A DNA stretch of 64,000 nt from Malacoraja senta. Taxonomy: Eukaryota. The translations under genes were made by a program, and so were the position numbers. Under the pieces are notes generated by a model that saw only the letters and a program-made list of their open reading frames with translations, did not search any database and was not told the DNA's origin. The stretch spans positions 4,528,001 through 4,592,000 of the forward strand of contig CM075992.1 of NCBI GenBank assembly GCA_038087875.1, in the 5' to 3' direction. Each line of letters opens with the position of its first letter. Position 1 is the stretch's first letter. This document shows positions 41,401-53,200 of this stretch, one piece after another.

Positions 41401-44400
41401 GTGGGGGGTGGGGTTTCTGGAGCGTTGGTATGGGTGTTGTTGGCTGCAGGGACTACTGGTCTCCAGAGGGCAAGTATGGACATTGTGGGCCAAATGGATT
41501 CTTGGGGTGGCAGCTCAGTCCCTCAAGCCTGATGAACTGGCAGCTCACTCACGGCTGGTGGGCTGGCAGTTGACTCACAGCTATTCCTTGAAATTCCATT
41601 TCAAGCAGAGTTCATGGCCACCAAATTCAAATCCATTTTCCTACCATTTCAAGCAGGGTGCAGGGCCACCAAATTCAAGTGCAGTAGCAGGGTGCAAGGC
41701 CACAAAATTCAAGTGCAGTTTCATACCATTTCAAGGAGGGTGCAAGGCCACCAAATTCAAATGCAGTTTCATACCATTTCATGCAGGGTGCAATGACACC
41801 ACATTCAAATGCAGTTTCATACCATTTCATGCAGGATGCAAGGCCACCACATTCAAATGCAGTTTCATACCATTTCAAGCAGGGTGAAACCACCATAAAA
41901 CCACACAAAACACCACTCTCACAGTTCAGTAGACATTCAGTGTGTTCAGTTGATTCACAGCTCAGACAGAGTCACGACCTCTCCCTCCCCCATCATGCAG
42001 AGACTGAGCCACACCCACACTTCTGGGTTTTATATTCCCTCCCCCTCCCACCGGAAAAGGTGTGGCCTTCATGGTGTGATTGACAGGAGAGAGATTCTCA
42101 ACATTTTTTTAAACACTAATAACACTTTTGTTTTTCTTTGATGGGAAGAATCCTCTGCACCTGATGAGCGGAGGGAGACTGAGTAAGATGACCAAAAATG
42201 ACAGCCGTAAGTGGTAGCATTTTATCCAAAATCAATATAGTGCAAACAGGAAGTTGTCAAGTTTAGACAAACAACCATTTGCAGGCAGTGCCTTTTCACT
42301 TCAACCCAAACCCCCCAAACAACCATTTCCAGGCAGTGCCTTTTCACTTCAACCCAAACAACCATTTGCAGGCAGTGCCTTTTCACTTCAACCCAAACCC
42401 CCCAAACAATTATTTGCAGGCAGTGCCTTTTCACGTCAACCCAAACCCCCCAAACAACCATTTGCAGGCAGTGCATTTTCACTTCAACCCAAACCCCCCA
42501 AACAACCATTTGCAGGCAGTGCCTTTTCACTTCAACCCAAACCCCCCAAACAACCATTTGCAGGCAGTGCCTTTTCACTTCAACCCAAACCCCCCAAACA
42601 ACCATTTGCAGGTAGTACCTTTTCACTTCAACCCAAACCCCCCAAACAACCATTTGCAGGCAGTGCCTTTTCACTTCAACCTAAACCCCTCAAACAACCA
42701 TTTGCAGGCAGTGCCTTTTCACTTCAACCCAAACCCCCCCAAACAACCATTTGCAGGCAGTGCCTTTTCACTTTAACCCAAACCCCCTAAACAACTATTT
42801 GCAGGCAGTGCCTTTTCACTTCAACCCAAACCCCCCAAACAACCATCTGCAGGCAGTGCCTTTTCACTTCAACCCAAACCCCTCAAACAACCATTTGCAG
42901 GCAGTGCCTTTTCACTTCAACCCAAACCCCCGAAACAACCATTTGCAGGCAGTGCCTTTTCACTTCAACCCAAACCCCCCAAATAGTAAGATTAAACGAG
43001 AACTTACCAGTTTGAAGTTTGATCTTTATTTTATGAGGAGTTACGTTGGTGATTACGTGAAGAAGACCCGTCAGGGCGCATGCGCGTCAATCTTCAAAGC
43101 AGCGGTGTGAAATCACAAAACACCAATAACGAAGTGACGTAGTAACATAGTAAAAACGAGTAAATTTTAGAACTTCCAGCTGACCTTTATGAAAGAGGGT
43201 TGGGCGTGGTGGGCACGTAATCACCAACGTAACTCCTCATAAAATAAAGATCAAACTTCAAACTGGTAAGTTCCCGTTTAATCTTACTATTTTGCTTCGG
43301 AGTCACGTGACTACATGAAGACTTTAAAGCTTTGTGATTTCATGCCGCAGATTCAAATCCCGGCTTCTCACTGCATTGTTTGACTCGGAACGAGAAATAA
43401 TCAATAATGCATTAATGACATTTGCATGAAAATATGCAGTAATTCATTTATTTGAATAATATAATTAACAGTATCCCCATTAACCCAGGGGAATTTAAGC
43501 AGAACTTAATATAGTATCTGCAAACAGCCCCGTATTGGCAATAGGCCGATGGTAAAAGTGTTGAAACACCAACTTATTAGATCACCCGGCGGCTGCGAGA
43601 ATATGGTCGACGTGACGTCCTTCGCCCTGGCCGCCGATGTTGCTGCTAAATCGAATGGGATGTAAAAACATCACTAACACCTGCAGCAAACCAAGACTTG
43701 TTTTAACCATCTTGAAATAGTCTGAACTGACACTATCTTGTATGGTTTTTCGTGAATGATAAACAATCTTGTTTTCATATTTCATAAGACCTTTGTAGCC
43801 TCAATGTATTGCAATAAATATGTCTTAACACATAGACATGGATCCATGGAATATGCTAATAAAACACTCTTGAATCCTGTCACACCTGACCCTACTTCAT
43901 TTGAGTAGGTCATAAATGTAAAACAACATTATCCTGAGGTACGTCCATCCTGTGTATCTGTAACTTTTGTAATGTCTGCACTCTCTGTGCTTGTTACAAG
44001 TGCCATAAGCATGACTACCTTCATGCTGAATTTGGCCAAAATCAGAATCGTACCAAGTCCATTGATGAAGTAGCTTAAAACCACTCTATATTACAGATTG
44101 CCATACCTAGGTTTAGAAGGTCTGGAATTAAAATTCCTTTCATTAATCTGGAAACGAAAGAACGAGACTCAACAGGATGTCTTTCTGACCCCATCAATAA
44201 AAAACGAGGACAATGTACTTCTGGCTGAATAAATCGCACTATAACTCAACCCCTCATAATAGAGTGTTGAGAAAAGCTAAGACATTTGAGACATCTGCCG
44301 TACAACATTCAATATTCTTTTGTACAGAAAATTTCCCCATTCTTTACATAATGGGAAAGCAGCATTTACAGAGTCACAACCTCAGATTCGCAAATGTACT

Positions 44401-47400
44401 GCTTTTGAGTGCTCTTCCGCCAGACTGCTGTAAGCATGTCCACAGTATGCCCAGACAATCCTCTTTTTAAAACCTGCAAATTAACAGATCCATACAGGCA
44501 TATAACGGATGTTACTCTCCAATTATCGGATACACCAGTAAATCCCTTCTTTTGGGAACGTTTATCAGAAACTGTGTCATTAATTCCAATATCAAAGGGA
44601 ACCATGGCTGCGTAGACCAGTCCGGTACCACCAGTACCCCAGAGGCAGCATCCTGCTTCATTTTAAGCAGACACCGGTTTATGAGACAGAATGATGGAAA
44701 ATGCATATAAAAACATACCACCCTAATGTAGCGAGAAAGCATCAATCGCTACTGTCTCCCGATGTAGTTGCCATAACACATATCTCTGTAACTGGTGATT
44801 GAGTCTGGATGGAAACAAGACGTATCTGGCTTCCCAAATCTGACTACTATATCATTAAAATCTTAAGATTCAACATCCATTCTTTGTTATCATGGAAATT
44901 CCCGTAACCTGGTGTCTGCTACTATATTGAATCTACCTGGTAGATAAATAGCTGAAACCAAATATTTGTCAACACACCAAGTCCAGATTTGATTAGCCAA
45001 TTTGTCACATGACACCGACTTAATTCCACCCATACGATTAATACATGCCATTGCTATAGTATTGTTAATTTGAAGTTGAACATGCAGATTAGTTGTATTA
45101 ACAACAAGCTTGGAGCTCATAAGCCTTCCAACAGCTGTAAAACGTTGATTCTCCATGTCTGCAAAAAATAATGCCTCTTCCATATTACATCTTTCCACAG
45201 ATGGATACTATTTCAGTGGCACCAATCCTAGTGCACTGACATCAGTCTGTAAGGCCATGGAAGACTGTTCAATCAGTATCTTGCTCGAACTACTGGAGAC
45301 ATGTTAAATCCACCACTGCAAATCAGAAGCAGCATTTGTTGTTTAACTGCATGGCTTATCAAAATGGCCACCATGCATCTTGGTGCCTTTTCTTTTTGCC
45401 GTCTGTAGCTGCTGGTAGTGCAATGGCCCATATTGTATTGCTGGAAATAACACTAATTTTCCTAGCAAGCTGGCCACCTGTCTTAATTGAAGATTGTTGC
45501 TTTTTCAACAGCTTAATGCAACCATCAATCAGCTCTACCCTTTACCCAGGGTAAAATTACTACCATGTCAATTGAATCGATTGTGAAATTAAAATAATCA
45601 ATTGTTGTAAGTGGCGTTAACCTTGATTTCTCTGGATGAATTAAACCAAAACTTTCAAAAGTGGATTGAACAATTGAGAGAGATAACTCACTAATTCTCT
45701 TGTTCGTCCAATTTAGGGCATCATCCAGTAAGCTGTCCTTGGACTCTAATTAGCCCCAAAATTGGTTTTACCAATTTAGTGAAATTCTAGGAACTGAAGT
45801 TTACCCATTAGACAGAACTTTGAATTGCCATAATTGTTTCATTCAGATAAATTTCAAATATTTAAATCTTACAAATGAACAGACACCGAGTAATATACAT
45901 CTTTCAGATTTATAGGTGCCATATAACATCTTTTGAAATAAGTTGTTTGACAGTCTCAAAGTCTCCATTTTGAAGTGTCTATACTTCACAAAATTTTAAA
46001 GACGTGTCAGATCTAAAATACTCCTCACCTTTTTAGGTTGAGAAAATCTAAACACAATTTGGTGGTTTTGATAAACCAACCTTTCAATTACTTGTTTATA
46101 GACAAATTTTCAAATTCAGCTTGAACCCCGATCGCTTCTTTTTGTGAAATTGGAGTGTTCTGCTGGGAACATGCTGGATGGCAAATCACTATTTGGATCG
46201 AATCAATTCGAAACCTTTGAATAATAGAATAATGAATCTGAAGTAATTTGCTTCCAATATTGGGCTGTTTTTGCCTTAATATGTTACCATGAGAACCAGG
46301 TCCACCTACCTCCTTTGTCACCTGAGTGACCTGTGGTCCCTGGCTCCTGGCAGGAAAACCCATGCTTTTTTGTGTTCCCACTGCAGGACGCCAACTGCGC
46401 CCCTGCTTCAATGCTCGACTTGTTCCTGGTGTAGGCCCAGGATTCTGTATGATGTCTGAAAGGATACCTCCTCTTCACAGACTTGCCGACCATCGATGTT
46501 TTGATCAACCTTGCTGTTTTTGCCTCATCATCCAACTCTTTCCCACGTTTCGTGAGGTTTTTCTCCGAAGAGTAAGTTGAGTGACTGCACATTGCTGGGC
46601 TTTACAGAGTTGTTGCAACCTGGGGTTGATGGTGGGCCGAATGGCATACTTCCTAAAACAATTCATCTCGAAGTGGGCGCTACATAGCAACCCTAGTGCC
46701 TCTTGGTGCATCTCCATCCCTGGCCTCCATCCATTGTTCTTGCAAAAATGCAGTTGTTCCTCAACCCAGCAGCTTCAATATTCTCTGCAGTTTTATTTCT
46801 TAGGCTCACATGCCCTCGCCCATCTGACCCCTTATATCTTGGTTCACTGCTAGTACTTTCAGCAATACGCAGTTCCTTGGGGTCTCGTGCTTTTTTGGCA
46901 TTTTCATCCATCGTAAGCTACTGGAGCTGATGGAAGACAAAATAGTTGATCGTAGAGGCCACTTCTTCTCCCAGTGGCTCTCCTGACTCTGACGGGGCAG
47001 CGAATCGTACTGCCAGGAGTAGAACATCTGGCAGCTGCCGTCTTCACTTGTATCGGCCTCACCGTCAGAGTCAGGGTCAGAACTCTCACAGAGCAGCGAA
47101 TCGTACTGCCAGAAATAGAACATCTGGCAGCTGCCGTCTTCGCTTGTATCGGAGAACTATGCTGACACTGTGCACGCGCCTCATCAATGAAGGAGCTATC
47201 AAGCAGCCCTTTACTAGGTGCTGCTGACCTGGCTTCCGCAGCATGGCTCTGACATCACTCCTCCTGGAGTATGTCTTGTTGGAGCAACCTGTGTACAGGT
47301 TCTCCATTTGGAATATTCACTCAGAAAGTGGTATCCAGCCTTGGAGGTGAATCCCAAACTGACTCTTGCTCCATGGACCTGACTTGCATGTTGGCTAGCG

Positions 47401-50213
47401 CCCAACTGATGCTGGCTCAGTTCTTTTTCTAAATACACAAGTCCACAAGTCGCCCCACTCCCAGCCGGCGACTGTTACAGGGGTATGAGGCAGCCCTTCA
47501 CCAACCGCATTCCCGCGGCTCTCTATCGGCTTTGCGGCTCGCCTCTTGCCCTTGCCCGTTTTGTTCATGGTGCCTGTGAAAAAATCGCAACAGACCACCA
47601 CAGCAAACGGACCTAAAAAACTCCCCAAAAAGTGTTTTACTTACCTTGGAGTTGTAAAAACTACATTCCACTAGAGGAGCTCTGTTCCTCACTTCCGTGA
47701 GCGCCAATGCGTCTGACGTAATGACGCACATGCGCCCTGACGGGTCTTCTTCACGTAGTCACTCACGTGACTCCGAAGTAAAACAACCATTTGCAGGCAG
47801 TGCCTTTTCACTTCAACCCAAACCCCCCAAACAACCATTTGCAGGCAGTGCCTTTTCACTTCAACCCAAACCCCCCAAACAACCATTTGCAGGCAGTGCC
47901 TTTTCACTTCAATCCAAACCCCCCAAACAACCATTTGCAGGCAGTACTTTTCCACTTCAACCCAAACCCCCCAAACAACCATTTGCAGGCAGTGGCTTTT
48001 CACTTCAACCCAAACACCCTAAACAACCATTTACAGGCAGTGCCTTTTCACTTCAACCCAAACCCCCCAAACAACCATTTGCAGGCAGTGCCTTTTCACT
48101 TCAACCCAAACCCCCCAAACAACCATTTGGAGGCAGTGCCTTTTCACTTCAACCCAAACCCCCCAAACAACCATTTGCAGGAAGTGCCTTTTTCCTTCAA
48201 ACCAACCATATTTTCATTTTCAAACCACATTAAGGGCACTCACAGTTGAGTGGACATGTGTTCAGTGTTATTCAGAGCTCAGAGAGACATGACCCTCTGG
48301 CTTCCTCCATCTTGCAGAGACTGAGTGAGGTACATCACTTCCTGGTTTTATAGTCCCTCCCCCTCCCTCCAGCAGGGGCAGCAGAGAGAATGGTAAATGT
48401 TTAAAAAACAATATCTCTCTGATCTTTCATCGATGGGAAAAATCCTCTGGTCCAGGAAGGCGGAGGGGAGCTCTGAGCGAGGTGGCCAAAAATCACGGCC
48501 GTAGTTGGCGGCGTTCTCTCGGATATCACAGCACAGTGAGCCAAAGACGGTCAAGATCAGACTTTTAGTAATATAGATATAGATAGATATATATCTATAT
48601 ATATATATATATAGATATATATATATATAGATAGATATATAGATAGATATATATATCTATATACTATTAAAACTCTGTGTGTGTGTGTGTCTGCTTGACT
48701 TGTGCCAGCCAGCCCCTTTGATTCCTCGCTATGCCACCACCGCACGCAGAAATGCCGAGATTTTTTCCATTTCGGTAGAGACTTCACTTTTCTTTACGAG
48801 TAGCCACTCCTGATTAAATTTTGTTGTGTTTATGTACACTTTTTAAAATAAAATCCATCCCCCGCCCCCCACACTCACTCATTTTGTCTCCTCCTGCTGG
48901 TCAGACACCATAATGGCTGCTGTCGACCGCCTCTGCTCCGAAAACGATGCCATCTTTTTTTCACCAGCGATTTTCATCCCGGGATCTTGATCACGTTCAG
49001 GCTCTAAAACCCCGGGTTCTGAAGCACGTTCTGTGTCCCGGGGTCTGAAGCACGTTCTGTGTTTTATTCGCAAGCTATTTTCACCCCGGGATCTGCACGT
49101 TCGCGATTTTTTCCGCTAGCGATTTTCACCTCGGGGTCTGACGCACGTTCGGGATCTAAAACCCCGGGGTCTGAAGCACGTTCAGTGTCCAGACCCAACG
49201 GGTCTGCACTTGGTCTAGTATACTTTTAAAACTCTGCATGGGTGTGTGTGTGTGGTTGTGGGTGTCAGATTTGGCCTTTGATTCATTGGTCCGCCAAAAC
49301 CACACGCGAAAACTCAGAGATTTTTTCCATTTCGCTAGACATTGCACTTTTACATACCCTAATACACTCATTAGATTTAGACATTTTTATGTACACATTT
49401 TAAAATAAAATCCATCCCCCCCCCCCCCTCACTCATTTTTTCGCCTCCTGCTGACCAGCCACCATAATGGCTGCTGCCGCCCGGCTCTGCTCCAAAAACG
49501 CCAACATTTTTATTCTTTCGCTGGCGATTTTCGCTGCTGCCGCCCGCCTCTCCTCCACTACACCCCCTCCCCCCGGGCCGGCTCTCTCACGCTGGCTCAA
49601 GCACACAGCTCTCCTCCAAAAACGCCGACATTTTAATTTTTTCGCTCCTGTCGCCCGGCTCTCCTCCACTACCCCCCCCCCTCCGGGCCGGCTCTCTCCC
49701 GCTGGCTCAAGCCAAACATCGGCTCTTCCCCGCTGCTTTTCGCAATCCTCTGTCCGAGGACGCCGAAAAGCAGCGGCGGGACAAATCAACTTTGCCTTCA
49801 GCCAGCGTGACAGAGCCGGCGCGTCAACGGCCTGTCGGCCCGCAGCCCCATTGTGGGCGTACGCAACGTCTCGACGGCCGTAAGCAGCGTCTCGACGTCG
49901 TACGCAGCGTCTTGACGCGTACGCCGCCTACGCCGTCAACACGCGTACGCCGTCAAGACGCTGCGTACGACGTCGAGACGCTGCGTACGGCCGTCCAGAC
50001 GCCGTCTACACTGTCAAGACGCTGAAGCACGTTCGGGAAACAGACCCCGGGGTCTGAAGCACGTTCGGGGACCAGACCCAACGGGTCTGCACTTGGTCTA
50101 GTATATATATATATATAAAATATATATATTATATATAATATATGTATATATATATTTATATATATATATTTATATATATATATTTATATATATATAATAT
50201 ATATGCATATATG

Positions 50214-50244
<31 letters not shown>

Positions 50245-53200
50245 CTGTGTGTGTGTATATACACACACACACATACGTACACACAAAAAACAAACAATAG
50301 TAGTGTAATAAGAAGAAGAATAGTATTGTCGCTCAGAGCTTACTAGCCTGATGGCTGAAGGACCACTGTTAGTTAGACCAGGAGTTAGACCACTGATAAA
50401 ATTGAGAAGTAAAGGTAGCATTATTCTTTAACTACATACATTATTTTTATTAGATAACGCTTGGACTTTCGTCCATTTCTGCATCTTCCATCATTAACCA
50501 TTCTCCAAGGAAGAGGCTTTGTTCTTTAAAGTTTAATCTAAGTTGATACCAACTAGAGTTATTGATTATTTGGGATTTACCTTTAACTATTAATATGTCT
50601 GTGACTCTGCCCTGGGGCAAGAGATTAGAATTAATAGAAGCCTGTAACAACCTTGTTGTTATGAAGCAGCCTTCTATTCGCCAGGTGGCTAGGGTAATTG
50701 GCAATATAGTGAATTTTTTTTTCCAGCTGCGCAATTTGGACCTTTGCATTATCAGAATTTACAACGTGCAAAGGAGCAAGCTCTCAAGTACCTTTTAGGT
50801 CATTTTAAAAGACCTATGCTATTACCAGCTGAAGCTATCAGAATTACAATGGTAGACGACCATATTCAGCATTGCTCAAGTAACATTTTGGTCAGTAAAC
50901 CTTCAGTTATATTACAAACTGATGCTAGTGCTCAAGGATGGGGAACTACTAATACCATCTCTAGTTGCGGAGGCAGATGGGATGTGCATGAGTTACCAAT
51001 TCTTCAGTTATATGGTATCAACTACCTGGAGATACTGGGGGCATTCTGTGGGTTAAAGGCTTATTGTGGGAATATGCATAATCTGCATTTTCAACTACAA
51101 GTTGATAACACTACGGCGGTGGCATATATTAATCACATGGGTGGAATCAAGTCAGATTCCTGTGATAGTTTACCTAACCTCATTTGGTGCTGGTGTATCG
51201 TCACATAAATTTAATGACAACACAGAATGGATGTTGGATCACAAAGTATTTAATGATATTGTTGCTCGGTATGGAACACCGAATTTGTTTGCATCTAGGC
51301 TCAATCACCAGTTGCAAAAATATGTGGCATGGGTGCCAGACCCAGGGGCAGTGGCGATAGATGCATTCTCGCTACACTGGGGAGGAATGTTCTTTTATGC
51401 CTTTCCTCCATTTTGCCTCATCAGTCGGGTCTTGCAAAAAATCCAGCAAGATTCCGCTTCAGGCATTTTCATAGTACCTGACTGGCCTATGCAGACTTGG
51501 TTCCCGCTGATGTTGGGAATGATAATAGAACCTTATATGGTTATTTCTAAACACAAAAATTTGCTGGTTTATCCCGTGACTCAGGAAGCCACCCTCTGCA
51601 TGATAGAATCAATTTATTGATTAGCAGACTCTAAGTAAATCGTTCCTGGGGCTCGGGTTGTCAGACTGAACCGTGGACGTGATCACTGCAGCTCGGAGGG
51701 ATAGCACCAAAAAGCAGTACATTTCCTGATCAGGAGATGGGAAGTGTTGTGTTTAAATGCTAATATAACACATAATACGGCACGGATAACTGATGTCTTG
51801 GAGTTCCTTTCAAATGGTTCTTTGACAAAAAAATAAGTTATAGTGCCATTAACTGTGCCACAAGTACCTTGTCATCATATTTGCTGCTGGGATCGGGACC
51901 CATTCTGTCGGGTCTCACCCTATGATATCCACATTTATGAAGGATATCTTTAACACAAATCCTCCTAGGCCCAGGTACACGGTAGTATGGGATATTAACA
52001 TTGTGTTAACACTATTTCGCCGGTGGGCTCCAGCTACGTCCTTATCTTTGGCCCGGCTCTCATATAAGGTACTTATGCTCATGACGCTGGTTTCAGCGCA
52101 ACGCGTCCAGTCGTTGCATAAGCTACGGCTGAACAGAATGGTTATATCTACCAACAAAATAACGTTCTATGTAAATGAGTTAATTAAACTAAGCAGACCG
52201 TTGGGTCTAAAGCTGGAATTTCTGGCATATCCTATGGACCATAGATTGTGTGTTGTCACACATACTCATCAATATTTTAAGGCTACAAAGAAACTTAGAG
52301 GCACTGAGCTGGCTAAGTGTGTTAGACACAAAAAAACACACAAGAGGGTTTCAGTGCAGACCATCTCCAGATGGTTTAGATATGTATTGGCTTGTGCAGG
52401 AGTGAACACTGATGTTTTAAAATCTCACTCCACCATGGCTGCGATAACATCAGCAGCAAGGTTCATGGAGGTTCCGCTGGACCGCATCCTAGCGACAGTA
52501 GGATGGTCAAATGAGCGGACTTTCCAAACCTTTTATAATAAACTGATTGCCAGGCCGGGTTCGTTTGCTAACTCAATTTTAAGTTCTATTCAATAATTTG
52601 CTTATTATTTGCTTATTAGCATCAGCATGTCTTAAATCTATGTCATGTCTGAATGCATTATCTTTTCAATCATTTCTGGTCAACTAATGCAGTGTGTTGC
52701 ATGGACTCGTGTTCGCGGCATGAAATCACAGAGCTTTAAAATCTTCACGTAGTCACTCACGTGACTCCGAAGTAAAATAGGAAGATTAAATGAAAACTTA
52801 CCAGTTTGAAGTTTGATCTTTATTTTATGAGGAGGTACGATGAGGGATTACGTGCCCTCCGCTCCCAACCTTCTCATCAAGGTCATGTGGTTGTTCTAGT
52901 TTCTCGAATCTTCCTATAATCAGTTCAGCAACTGTTTCTGTGATTTCACACCGCTGCTTTGAAGGTTGACGCGCATGCGGGCTGGCGGGCTTCTTCACGT
53001 AATCCCTCATCGTAACTCCTCATAAAATAAACTTCAAACTGGTAAGTTCTCATTTAATCTTCCTATTTATCTTCTTATCTGGCCATTGTCTATCAGAAGT
53101 AGGGTGCTTTAAAATGAATTGTGATCGCTCTATTATATAAGGTTATCAGGTCTATAAAAAAAGGGCCATTAATAAATCCAGAAGGAATTTAACCAAAGAA

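Larger units (their letters stand above)
41302..48577 (-). mobile_element. Non-autonomous Helitron-like element carrying two 48-bp satellites and a nested DIRS
   Basis: Minus strand reads A|TCTATATTACTAAAAGTCTGATCTTGA ... ggacccaacgggtccc-acttaat-CTAG|T; collinear with 22994-26836. Confidence 0.82.

Noticed and set aside
42222..43110. Repetitive ORFs ([16 protein letters not shown])n and a CRISPR-like appearance
   Set aside because: Pure 48-bp tandem repeat with no unique spacers, open in several frames only because of unit length; intronic in a vertebrate gene
51066..51620. DNA adenine methyltransferase-like motifs suggesting a bacterial or phage gene
   Set aside because: This is the standard MT-like domain of DIRS1 elements, lying between RNase H and YR
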